Shown here: piece after piece, positions 35,410 through 48,542 of the stretch
How the letters are laid out: every line of letters starts with the position of its first letter
How positions within the stretch are numbered: the first letter of the stretch is position 1
Source of the DNA: Laetmonice hystrix
Lineage: Eukaryota
NCBI GenBank assembly: GCA_965235115.1
Contig: OZ249436.1
Location: 9,054,001 to 9,118,000 of the forward strand
Length of the DNA stretch: 64,000 bases
Direction of reading: 5' to 3'
Position numbers and translations under genes: made by a program
The notes under the pieces: generated by a model
Told to the model about the DNA's origin: nothing
Seen by the model: only the letters and a program-made list of their open reading frames with translations
Database searches by the model: none

Positions 35410-38400
35410 ATGGCAGTAGCAACAGCTACCACAGAGGAACGACTGGTGGAACATTTGAGGCCAATTTTTCCGGATCTTAGCAAGCGTGTCATTCTGCTGT
35501 CAGTGCAACATCCCACCAACCGAGAAGAACCCATAAATGAAGGTAGAATTCTGCAAAAGTGCATAGATGATCTTCTGGAGCTGCGCACTCTTAAGGAGAG
35601 TGGCCAAGACAAGTTGACAGACAAACCGGAAGAAAATAAAAACTTGAATGGTAAGACCAATATTAAGATATATTTGGACGTTAGTAGTTGTCTGGTTGAG
35701 CATTGTAAAAATTAGTTATTGCTCACATTAGGTGCATTGTCAAACTGTTTTTGCTGCGAATGCCAATTTTCAGAAAATAATGTTAATATTTTGCAATAAC
35801 AAATGTTTCTTGTTAGTATATAATGGTTCTGTTTAGTTTCAGTGATAGGTATGTTGAGTGTGGAGGATTTAGCTTAACTCTAAATCTGTAGCATTTGTGT
35901 ATATATCCTGAACTTGAATCCCAGTAATCCAGATTTTCCAGGAATTGACATTCTGTATTTCTAGTGTTCACCAGATGTTGATGTGTGGTATTACTAATTT
36001 ATTTTATATCATACATACACTCATGATACAGCCAAGCCTAGCAGTCCTGAATCTAGTGCAGCTCCACATGCAGATAGTCCTGCAGATGATGATGTGATAG
36101 ATGTGACGGACAATCCATTTGGACCTGTCAACAATGCTTCGCCGAAAAGGTTCGTATCAGTTTGAACTTTGATGACAATGAATCAATGACACTTTGTTAG
36201 TTCGTCATTTTGTCTTTTATTATTTGAAAATAACTTAACTGATATAATATTGTTTCAGGTTTACATTTCAGTATGGTATCCGCCGTTAAATACATAAAGT
36301 CAGCAAATGTCTAAATATATTTTCATATTCTTAAGTGGAGTTATCTTTTTACAGGGCTCGAATTTGCCTTGGTGCTCCTCCTTTGAAGGAAATATTTGCC
36401 TTGGTGCCCCTCTAACTGACAATCCTATGGAGCATAATCCCCCCGAGAAATTGAAATTGAAATATTGTTACCTGCCCTTCCCACTGCCTTCATTGGGGGG
36501 GGGGGGGTGTTCTGATTCTTCTTGGAACAGCTTTTTCCGTTTTTGTGGTATAACCAGGGTTCGCAGACTCCTGGAAACTCCTGGAAAGTCCTGGAAAATC
36601 AAAAATCCGTTTTCCAGTACTGGAAAGTCCTGGAAAACCAGTCAGACTCCTGGAAACTCCTGGAAAAATCATAAAATGCTTTGGAACAACATAATGCTTG
36701 GGTTCAGTTTTGCTCTTTATTGCATTTAAAAATCACTGAAAAGTAATAAGTATTAGAACTTAAGTCCTGGAAAACTGCGATTTTATCCTGGAAAACTCCT
36801 GGAAAACTCCTGGAATTTTGGTTTCCTCTAACTCTACGAACCATGATAACAGAACACGATAAGTGTTTTTGATGATCTTACATGATAAGCAAGCCCTAAG
36901 CAAGAATTTAAGAGCCGGATAAGCAAATGCTTCTAAGCAGGACTGCCATAGTTAAGCTTAAGCTTGAGCAAGTGATTTAAGAACTGGCCCCTGAACTCTA
37001 TCTACAGGAAATGGCATTTGGTGTCCCCAGAGGATGAAGAGGAGGAAGATTTAATCCAAAATCAGATAAAAACAGTTGTAAGTATTAACAGGCAGAAACC
37101 CTTGAACCCATTGTAATAAATTCAGACATAAGACAAAAGATTGGATTAATGTCGTATCGGCCCATTCCAGCAGAGCTATTTGAACAGTGTGTTTTCAAAA
37201 CATTTGCTGTAATTTGATGTAATTTGATGTAATTTTTGTTTTTATAAAATAATGTCAATTTTTAAAGTTCGTTAATAAGCCAAAACATGCAAAAGCCATA
37301 TCGTTTCTGTTTGGTGGTGAAATATCAAGTTCCCATGTTACATTGAAACTATTACTCTTGCCAGTTGAGCATAATGCAAATATCTTTTTGTGGTATCTGT
37401 ATCTTAAATCAGCATTTTAAACAACTGAAATTGCTAGTATTCAAATTGAAAACATGATGTGAGCTTTACTATTTTTTATATTAGCGGCAGTTCTTCCCAC
37501 TGGCTGATCCTGAGTACATAAGCCAGCGTCTTAAGATTACAGTGCACTCTAATCCTGTGGAAGTTGTCTGCAATGAACTTCTTGAAAATCCCAAGTACCC
37601 AAGGATTAAGAAGACAGAGAGGAAGGTTTCACAGGTATATACACGTAATTAAAAAGTTCTGTCAGGGGGAAAAAATAGGGAAATATGAAATCTTGCCATG
37701 GAAGGGATTAAGAGCCATTGTCTGAGAACTTCAGGCAGTTACCATTGAGAGTGTGATAGTCACCTTCTCCAATTTTGCTGAAACTTTGGTCATTTGATGT
37801 CCGTACCAAGCCTAGAAAAATGCCAGATTTTTTCGGTCCGACGCCGCCTCATTTGGGTGCTAGAGGTCATTCAAGGTCAGACCTGAAAAGGGCCCAAGAC
37901 CAAAATGTGATTTTCAAATGGCTTTTATTTCTTGCGCCACCTTTATCCCAACATTATATTTTGATATTTCTATTATATGGATGACGGTCTGTGAATTTAG
38001 CGATTTTCGGTCTGGGATATAATTGGCGTGACCAATAGGGGGTGCTGGAATATGGCTGAAAGTCAATTTTTTTGCCTTTTTTGGCCCCTTGTGCTTTTTG
38101 CGGGTTCCTTATCCCAAGACTTTTATTATTACATTAAATAGGTGATAGGTAGGGCTTCCTATTACAGGTTAAAAAAAATTGGGATTGCGCATGCGCAGGC
38201 CACCAGGTGGCGTTAAAGTTGTCAAAATTGTCCAATTTGGTCTATTTCAGCGCCCCCTGGTGGCAGGCGCCTTTGCTCTTCAGGGTGACCGGTTGTTTTA
38301 AAATGGAGTATGAATGATGTACTTTTAATTTCTAAAAGCCATTTCTTGGGATATGTACACATGAATGACAATTTTTCATAATTATTTGGGGTCCAATTCC

Positions 38401-41400
38401 ATATTTTCAATTTTTTGCCATTTTTGAAGAGACTTCATTAAAAATCGAATACAAATTGGGCACTTTTATAATATTTTCCTAAAAGAACTCCCCATAGACT
38501 ATGTATATGCCAAATTTCAAATATAAATATTGAAAACTGATTTTGGTAGAGCACTTTAAACTTTCAGAAATGTGCCTCTCAACCAAAATGTATGTCAGAC
38601 ATCGCAAGGTATAAGGAATTAGAACTTTTTAGCAAAAAGGAACCGTTTCAGCCCATGATTATATAGGAATATGGCCTGTAAGCATTCCCTGTTAGTTTTG
38701 TGAAGATCTATGAAGAATTAAAGAAAATATGGCCTTCCAGATGGAAAAAATTATGTTGCGCAGCTAAATACTTTTAGTAAAAATTGGCTGAAATGCCATT
38801 TTGGAACCACCCGTACAGAAAAAATATTCCTAGGACGACCCTGTTGTCTTGTATTTTGCATGTACCCACCAAGGATAGTAAGTTCACGAAATCTGGGAAT
38901 GCTCACTATTATAATTGTGATGTTATAGCTCCTCAAAATCGGCAAAAAAACTTAAGCCTCGAAAGGGTCCAAGGGGTGAAAACTTCAAAAGGTCATATCT
39001 CAGGAACTATTTGGAGTACAGAACTAGAATTTTGCATGACCACACGAAATGGATTAAAGTTTTTATGAGCAAAATTCCAGCAAAATCTATTTTTTGAACT
39101 AAGAATTTTTTTTTTTGCGATTTAGTATAGAAATGAATGACCCATTTCCAGCAATGAAGATGTGCGCTTTTTTCGAAAATGTGTGCATATCCCAAGAAAT
39201 GGCTTTTATAAATTAAAAGTATGTCATTCATACTCCAATTTCAAACAACCAGTCACCCTGAGGAACGAAGGCGCCTGCCACCAGGTGGCGCTGAAGTAGA
39301 CAAATTTGGGCAATTTTGACAACTTTAACGCCACCTGGTGGCCTGCGCATGCGCAATCCCATTTTTTTTTAACCTGTAATAGGAAGCCCTACCTATCACC
39401 TATTTAATGTAATAATAAAAGTCTTGGGATAAGGAACCCGCAAGGAGCACAGGGGGGCCAAAAAGTGAAAAAAATTGACTTTCAGCCATATTACAGCGCC
39501 CCCTATTGGTCATGCCAATTATATCCCAGACCGAAAATCGCTGAATTCACAGACCATCATCCATATAATAGAAATATCAAAATATAATGTTGGGATAAAG
39601 ATGGCGCAAGAAATAAAAGCCATTTGAAAATCACATTTTGGTTTTGGGCCATTTTCAGGTCTGACCTTGAATGACCTCTAGCACCCAAACGAGGCATCGT
39701 CGGGCCGAAAAAATCTGGCATTTTTCTAGGCTTGGTACAGACATCAAATCTCCAAAGTTTCAGCAAAATTGGAGAATGTGACTATCACAGCCTGCCTGAA
39801 CATCCCAGACAATGGCTCTTAATTGTGCACCATGTTTAATGGATTTGAATAATGTCCTATTGGGTTACAGTATTTTTACCTCTGTGAATAATTGATAAAA
39901 TGAAAAGAAACTTACTGGTAATACTTTGTTACTCGGACAGAAAGTCAGCCGTAACTACTATGAAGAAATCAGTGGGCCTGTGACCTCTGAGTATAAACTG
40001 CAAGCCATGTTCTTACTTCAGTGCAACTTTCGGAAGGTAAGATGTTAATGATTTGGTAGTTACTGTAGTTGTTTCTAAAGCCATGTGTCCGTGGTGCGTA
40101 TTGCGTAATCAAACCAATGAAAACGTGCATTACGCATTATGCACACATGGAATCACTCCAACTTGTTTTCATTGATTTTTATGAATATGCATTCTGCACT
40201 ACGCAGTAAGCATCACGGCCACACTACGTACACATGGATTCCTGGCTTAAGTTACTGTAAATGCAGTGGTGATAAGTAATGATATCATGTGTCAATTTTG
40301 AAATCTTCTTCTGAAGGAGATATTATCTAGTAGAAGCTTGATAAATAGACAAAACTAGCATAGGCTATAATAACTTATGTCAAATGGCTCCAGATCAGTT
40401 GAGCCTCATAGATCTATTCCTTTATCAAAATATTTATAGATCTGGTTGGGGAATTGGTGCTTGTCTGACTTTACATGTGTCCCAACATTAACAAAACAAT
40501 TAGATCACTATCTGTAATAAATTTTAAATATACATATAAAATCCTTGTTGGATACTAGACATCGTTGCTTATCTAATGAAATGTCATGTTTCTCCAACCA
40601 ATAGGTCTCTGTTAAAGATCTCCGTATTATAGCCAGAGAATTCTCATACCATTATGCACCAACTCACAAATGCATTTATGATGCCCTTCTGGCCAGTGGC
40701 ATTAACATCAACTGTCAAGAAAAGGCAAGTCCAGCAAGTAAGTTTGAAATGTTCCCCTCTTTTTAAGTTTATGTTGTGTACTTATGATGTGCAATTAAGT
40801 CTTGGGATCACAACAAATGTCTAATGTAAAGTACTCTATTTTTCTGTGTATATAGGCCATAGCCATGTATTAGCCGCAGGCCATTTTTCTCACTCCATTC
40901 ATAGCAAAGTTGACACGTAAGACGTAAGTGTTAACATGAACACCAGCTTTTGGTATAGCAGGCCAGTTCCCTGAACTAACTTAAAGGCCGTCTTCAGACA
41001 CATGTGGCCTTGTATAAGCTGCACCCCCCATTTATCATGTGTTTGAGGAGGGAAGGTGCAGCTTATACAAAGAACAATATTGTATGTCAAAGAAATATAT
41101 GAGTTATTTCAACATGCTCTAGCTTTGAGCATATCATGTACAAACTAATAAACAAAATTTTTGTTCCAGGAAAAAAAGTATGCAAAAGCCTGGATATCTC
41201 ATTAACATCCGGCCTGGATATCTCATTAACATCCGGCCTAGAGCTCAGCTTTGAAGTGAGTCAGTCACATGTTCCTGTTCAAGTCAAAATGAAGAAAGGT
41301 AAACTAACTTTGTTAGTCTAAGTCAAACTTGCATAATGCACATTGCTGATACTTAGTTAATTAGTATTCAAAGCTGATGAGACAGGTCTTTTCTTTTGAA

Positions 41401-44400
41401 AAATGAAGGCAGGCGATAAAAAGCTCGCCTAAATTTTTTAATTTTCACTAAGTGTTTTTTTTTCACATGCCTTGGTGGGGTTCACATTCTGGGTTCTGCT
41501 ATTGAAGGTCCTCATCAGATGCCATGAGGGCATAACTCCAGTGTCCATTAAGCTGGATATAATTTTATGATAATTTGTATGTTTTTCTCAATAGCATGTG
41601 GCACCGAGCATGTTCACAACATGAAGCTTCTTAAGTGTGGTCGCAACAAAGTCCGTAATCTCAACTTTAAGACGCTGAATGCTGATCTCAAAGCAGAGGT
41701 AGAATATATTATAAACTTCACGAGGACTGAAAATGAGGTAAGAATGCATAATTTAATAAGGTGAAGGTAATGAAGGACAGTCGAAAAACTTTCTGGTTAA
41801 AATAGGCAGTTGGCCGGCATTCGTTGGGGTGAGAGGGTCAGGTCATCTAAGCAAGGTTTATGTACCATAACCATACCTCTTGAGAAGACGTGGGGAAAAT
41901 GCCATTTAGGGTAATCTGTTTGTACGTATTACACGCAAACAACTATGGTCAAGTTTTTTCGGTGTAGCATATTTTACTAGCTATCCTCATGTCCGAGTTT
42001 AGCGATTTTCATCCAGTCAGAGTGTTTTTTTGAAGGAGAAGGATACCGTGCTGGCAGAGATGATAAATGAAGATGAATACTCAAACAACGGGCAATTTAT
42101 CGAGTGTGGATGCTGCTATGGAGAGTATGCGTTTGAGAAGATGGTACAGTGCTATGAAGGACACCTGTTCTGTTGTGAGTGCCTTCACAACTATGCCAAG
42201 GAAGCCGTCTATGGACAGGGAAAGGTATGTATTGACTGGTAGCCAGGATGAAAATAATTATGATAATTTACACTTCTGTGGTGTTAGGGTTAGGGTCACT
42301 ATCACTCAGCAAATCACCATAAAAACATAATACTTAACGGTGTTACTGTTAGTGTTGGGTTTACAGTGATGAGAATCTTCCACGCATTTCCGCATCTTTC
42401 CCCCATCATCAAGCATTATAATAATTACTTTAGCATAATATCATGAGGTTTCCTCATTTTCTGTGTTTTGTGTTGTTAGCCATTCTCATCTCTGAGTTTA
42501 GGTAGGTTAACCCCCACAAAAAAGGGGTAAAAAGGAATTTATGTTTTTTAAGTTGGCTTAGAAAGGTGAACTCAACGAGAGTAAATTGATGTGTTCTTTC
42601 CTGCAGAGTAACTTAAGCTGTATGACTGATGAATGTGAAGCTACTTTTCCCAATGGTAAGTTTCCTCATTCCTTTTTATCATAGTTGACACACAAAAAGT
42701 TGAGAGACATTTATAATGATTATACTGAAAACAACCAGACAAAAAACTGACACAAATACAGTTGGCCTTTGTGTTGTGTTCATCTTTACTGATACTGAGC
42801 CTCAGAAGGATTATATAAAAGATGAGGCATTCTGTTAAAAGATTGTTTGGTAACGTCTTGCCAGAGCAGTGAAAATGCATAAATTTTCTTTACCGTTACC
42901 ATATGTAGTTTTTTTCAGGGCAACAAAAACCGAAAAACTTGTTAGGCTAGTTCGTTGACATTTTGTTTTTCATTATCAACTGCAAAATTTACCTAAAGAA
43001 ACTCATCTTTTTATCTCATCCAGTTAAGCGGTTAATTACGCCCTCATTAAAAGTAAAAAAAAACTTTTTTAGACATTTTATGGACCAAATTTTTGTCAGA
43101 ACGAGCCAATAACAATAAGGATTTTCATCTAAATCTTATGCTTCAGATCAGTTGATCCGAGCCCTGCCTAAAGAAATGATAAAAAAGTATGAAGAAAGAC
43201 TGTGTGAGGATGACCTCAACCTTGCAGACCTTGATGGTCTTGTCAGGTAAATATTAAATACAATGTACTCTAAATTTTTGCCATATTTTTTTTTTCACCA
43301 TGTTTATGCCACGCTGACAAACTTATAGTCCAGAGATGGAGGATATTCATGCCATCTATTTCTGAAACGTGCACACCTCCCCAGGTTTTATATTTTATTT
43401 AGTTGGAGAAAAAATAATATGGCTAAACAAATTTTGATGTGGCTAAAGCATTTGGTTACCCGTTTAGCCACGGTGGATAAGGACTATTCTTGCATATATA
43501 TAGAGGAAGCCCAGAAAAGGTCATTGCATTTTGCTCAAATCATTAGGTTACATGCATGATATGTGGCCATGGCAGTCATCAATTTTGCATACTACCTGTA
43601 CTTTCTTTCGTGTCCTCTTGTGCTTGTCATAAAATGTCTGTGTACCGGTAGTCAATGTAGTGTTTAAAAGCTATGCAGTCTTGCATGAGACTATAAGGCT
43701 AAAAGTTTCAGTTGAGGGCAGCTCATAGAAAAAGTCAGGAAATTTGCTTTTTGAATTTGGTCTTAAGCAACTATGATCATAACTTGGTCACAATCTTGAG
43801 ACACTGAAATGGCTGGTTTGCTAGTGACATTATTATTAACTTGATAAGACATAAGATAAGATGTTGATAAGATAAGACATATTAACTTGATACTTAAGAT
43901 AAGAACCCTGATAACTGTCAAGTAATGGCAGTGGAGGAATGTGTTTTGCAACAATGCATGAACTGGGCATTTCAAGAAGTTGCCATTTGATTTTTTTTGT
44001 GATTGTAAAGAATAATGAAAGACACCTACCTGTGACAGGTGTCCCAGCTGTAATTTTGCAGCTGTACTGCCTTCAGAGGAGAAAGTCTTGAGCTGCCAAA
44101 ATCCATCCTGTCAAAAGGTTAGTGATTTTCTTTCTATGTTGGCTTTCTTTTAAACTTAAAGGTATGTGATTATAAAAAAAAGTTTGTAAACATGTTTATA
44201 TGTACAAATGACAAATATCAGGTGTGATAGCCAGTCAAACTTCTAAAGATTACAATAATTATTTTTACCTGTACTAGTGGTCGGATGATTAATCGAAGGC
44301 TTGAGAACATGATTAGATTGAAACGATTGTCAAGCATTCGAGCTTGATTTCTGATTCCCGAACTTGGAGAAAAAACCCACATGATTGACTGCCAGAACAA

Positions 44401-47400
44401 TAAAGTTTAGTGTAAACAACTAATCAAGACCGCATTTGACAAGGGATAAAAATGCAGTGAAATGGTTGGCCAATTCTGCCGAGAACACAACATGTTATTA
44501 TGTTGTTTTGTCATACCCCCAGCATGTTTTCGGTATGAAACGCAAATATTTCGAGTTATTTGTTTGTCATAACTCAACAGTTTTGCCTTGTTCTGCACAA
44601 TGCCGCTATCTGGCCTATACGCATCCCCATCCAGACATGCTGCAAAATCCAACCACTAACCTATTTATGGATCTAGTGTGAGAATGTAGTGTGAATCTAC
44701 CGTTGGTATGATAACCAATCGCAGTGGTACAGATCCCAATTGTGATTTGTCATTGTGGGATTTCCAGTTATACTAGGACAAATCCCAAATTTTGTGATTT
44801 CTCGCTATTTTCATATGTACTGGTATGATTGCCAGTTGTGCCTGGTTTTGATGTGTTGCGACGTGTGTTCGGTTTGTCAAACATACGGATTACTGAATCA
44901 TTTTAAATAGAAAATGGTAGAAGAGGATACCAGAACAGATTGTGATATGGATTAAAGAAGCATGGATTAACGAGGTCTGACTATATAGAATGAGATTAAT
45001 GGAGTTTGGATTAATGGTCAAGGTCTGTATAAAACAGGAAAGGTGTAAAAATAAGGTGTCTGAAATTTGGATGGATGATAGACAAAGGTTTCATATACTT
45101 ATGTTTAGAAATCAACTTTCATTGATTAAGTAGCCATGTAGTTGCAGCTTTCCCCATCTATGTTTATTATTTATACAGACCAAATTTAAAGTAGTCTCGG
45201 GGCAAGATTTATCAATTTACATTGTGATTGCCGGATTTGTATGCACTGTTTTCATTACCAACCACTGTTGAAGAAATTTCTCTCCCCTTATTCCTTCAAA
45301 AGGCAACCTGTCGCTACTGTAAAGAAGACTGGGAGGAACATTTTGGCATCCCCTGTAATGAATTGGAGAAAAAGGATGAGACAAAGATCCGGTTGGCTTA
45401 GTGAGTGTTGGTATCTTCAGCCCAAAATGAATTGAAAGTAGAATCCTGGTGATATTGGTCCTGCCACACTTTTTATATTTTTGAATTGAAAGCATTTAGG
45501 CAGTCAAGATATCTAGAATTGTAAAAGGTTATCACATGGAAAATTTGTAGAAATGAAGAGTAGTATTTTAATAGGTCTTCGCATATTTTTCTCCCTTGCG
45601 TTTTGTTCTGTGGGAGTTTTTGTGTGTACTTATGCCTAAAATATAGAACAAAAATGAAGGTGGCGATTTAGAGATATCTATGTTGTTCTCTCTTTTTTTT
45701 AGTGAAGAAAAGATGACCCAAGCCAAGATCAGAAAGTGTCATAAATGCAAGGCCAGTTTTACAAAGAGTGAAGGTTGCAACAAAATGACCTGTCGGTGTG
45801 GAGCGAAGATGTGCTACATTTGTCGAAAACCTGGTGTAGGTTATAATTTTACCTTGGTTTTTGTTAGAAATGAAGAGGTATTGGAATGCTTCTGTTCTAA
45901 GACTTCTAATGTAGGTGTAAGGAGGGGGGGGGGGAAGGGATCATTTCGTGGCATTTGATGGTATTAGACATGCACAGCATATTTGTGTAAAATTAATAAG
46001 ACCAAGATAGGAATATATTCCATCTTTTTCTCTTCCTTTTATTATAGAATGCTTTCTATTATCTTTACTCTTTCTGAGAAACTAGATCCCTCATAGATCG
46101 CTCACTTTACAATCAGAACCTTTAAAATGAGTAAAAAATGGATTAGGCTAATTTATAATGGACTTTTAAATGGTTGATTCACATATAGATACAAGAAAAG
46201 GAGGCTGCCACATAACGTTTAACCCTTTCAGGGCGGACGATGCCTTGAGGCATTACCGTGCCAGGGCGGACGATGCCTTGAGGCATTACCGCCCCAGGGC
46301 GGACGATGCCTTGAGGCACTTTTTTGGCTACTGCGACCACTCCACGTAAATCCGGCCCATTGATAGCAAAGACTGTCAATCACCCAACTACAATTGTCGA
46401 GTAGCTGTACTAACTCCTCCCCCTTACATATTACGTTGATTGCTATTGTCTTTTAGACATTTATGTGTCCCAAAGTCACGTTTTTCGAGACGAAAATCCA
46501 AAATGGCTCGCCCACGTGGGGTGGTGCACAAAACTGGGTCAGCCTCTGTGACGACTGTGACGTAACAAACGTCGCCGGCATAGGGTTAACAAGTTGTCTA
46601 CAACCTTTGAATAAATGGATGATTGGATAGAACGCTGTTCTGGAACTTGTATTTCAGATTGATTATAACCACTTCTGTCGACATGTACGAGACCCTGGGT
46701 GTCCGTGCACTATGTGTAAGGACTGCTCACTCTGGACTAATCCTGAGGTAATGTACTTTTAGTGCTTCTACCAATTCACAAGTGGTAAAGCAATATCAAG
46801 TGACTTTTAATGAACTCGTAGGGCCAGATTTACTGGTTACACTGACATTTATTTAAAAATGTTTCATTCTTGATATTAGGGGTTTTTTTAGCTATAATCT
46901 GGGGTGAGGAGTTTGATAGAGGAAAATCGTAAGAAGAAAGTTGAGTGTCTCAAAAGGAAAACAGTTTTGATCAAATGGAAAGGAACGATAAGCAGGCCTC
47001 AAAATCCTGCCAAAACATGGTAGCTACCACTCTGAATCATGCAGGTAACCCGAGATTATGTGTGGTAGCCTAATATTTTTTGCTGCACTGTGACAATTTA
47101 ATAAGCTATAAGCTCATCAAAAGCAGCTTCAGTGCATCTCCAAGCTAAGTGCAAATGGACATAGGGTCGGTAGCCTGGCCAGCCAACTCCGCGATCGTGT
47201 TTGGAACAGGTTTGGTAGCCCGACAGAAATTTTGATTGTCCCGGGCATCTGGGTTCCAGATTTATCGCGGCCTGATAAAGATTTGAAAAATAAGATTCTT
47301 GATTCTGAAATAGTCTATGTGAAAACTGATTCATGAGTCTGTAAATGCATAAAATATTTTTATACTGTATTAGTTCTTTTTTTATGATAAATATTAAGTG

Positions 47401-48542
47401 TTTCTATTGACTCCAATAGCAAGATGACGAGCAAGCCATTGAAGAAATTAAAAAGGCAGCCCAAGTAGAAAGGTCCGAAAAAGGCAAGTATAGCACCTAT
47501 GCTCTCTCTTTGGATCTCATTTGACCCATTTTGATGACGTATTCGACCGAATAAGTATACGATGTACTTAAGAATGTTCTTTTGTATTGTCATAACAAGC
47601 TTATAAATGCCCAAGTATCCCAACAGATGTGACTTGTAGGAGATTGAGCACAGGACTTATCAGGGACTACCTGCAGTCAGAGTGATACCAGAGCAAGTTG
47701 TTTGATGATAGAGCGACTTTAGAACAACAAATTTCTAAGTAAACTGACCTTTAAATCAAATGTTAGTGGGGGTTGTGCCATTTGATGTCAGTCACACTGA
47801 GGTTATAATAATATTAGACATGTCTGTGAATACCTGACTCCATATGATACGTACATTGAGATAGAACCTTGTGACACTTTATCTGCATGTACCAGTGTCA
47901 ATGAGACAGTAGAATTTCAGTCCGATAAAGTAAAAAGGTGGCTTAGAGTCCTGTAATTCTCAGGTTGCTTATTGAATAGAGTATGATGGTTTAAACATTC
48001 TTCCGGACCTGATATTAAATGCAAATCTAAGTATTTCCAGCTAAGAGAGACTTTTAAGTGTTGTAGATCCTTCTGTGCACATTATAAATTCATCTTTTGA
48101 TTTAGGATTCACAACGGAAAAAGCAATTGGAGCCCCAGAGGAGGCACGTCCAAATCCACCAGCACAGGCGCAGGCACCAGCACCAGCACGGGCGCCGGCA
48201 CCAGCACGGGCGCCGGCACCAGCACGGGCGCCGGCACCAGCACGGGCACCGGCACCAGCACGGGCGCCAGCACGGGCGCCGGCACGGGCACATGCAGCAG
48301 GGCCTGCAATCCAGCACCAAAGACAGCCGAACCAAGGAAGAAACATGCCACCTCCAAACATGCCACAAGACTTTGCATTCAGACAGCAGGCTGGTTACGT
48401 CCAAAACCCTGCTGATAGGTATTTCCCACAAGTACATTGGCCTGCAAATAATGCAGTGCATAACAACCAATACAATGATCGAAACTGGATGAACTACCCT
48501 GGATACCATAGGAGGAACGATAACATGCATCACTACAACTAA
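35410..48542 (+). CDS. RNF216: RBR-type E3 ubiquitin ligase RNF216 (TRIAD3), 17 coding exons, about 772 aa
   Basis: Exons 35410-35650, 36032-36149, 37008-37077, 37485-37634, 39941-40036, 40605-40737, 41170-41298, 41595-41737, 42036-42224, 42607-42655, 43147-43246, 44039-44117, 45303-45400, 45703-45835, 46658-46747, 47420-47483 and 48106-48542 join in frame (2319 nt). RING1 [12 protein letters not shown]...[19 protein letters not shown]...CQNPSC...CRYC...HFGIPC; RING2 [15 protein letters not shown]...[20 protein letters not shown]...YNHFC...CSLWTNP. Confidence 0.95.
36555..36845. mobile_element. MITE with TCCTGGAAA subterminal repeats and a 5-bp TSD (ATAAC)
   Basis: CAGGGTTCG...CGAACCATG, with ATAAC at 36550-36554 and 36846-36850. 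Confidence 0.8.
37712..39818. mobile_element. 2.1-kb non-autonomous foldback element with about 650-bp TIRs and a TTAA TSD (Kolobok-like termini), in RNF216 intron 4
   Basis: TTAA|GAGCCATTGTCTG...CAGACAATGGCTC|TTAA. Arms at about 37712-38362 and 39179-39818 are inverted copies; the mirror ORFs 37775-37984(+) and 39557-39766(-) are nearly identical. Confidence 0.9.
46223..46585. mobile_element. piggyBac-like MITE containing three 33-bp tandem units
   Basis: TTAA|CCCT...AGGG|TTAA. Units CAGGGCGGACGATGCCTTGAGGCA start at 46229, 46262 and 46295. Confidence 0.65.
48175..48290 (+). repeat. Coding 18-bp minisatellite (APARAP)n in the last RNF216 exon
   Basis: Repeated GCACCAGCACGGGCGCCG. Confidence 0.9.

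Noticed and set aside
37775..37984. Inverted pair of 69-aa ORFs (also 39557-39766)
   Set aside because: Simply the two arms of the foldback element; no transposase motifs.
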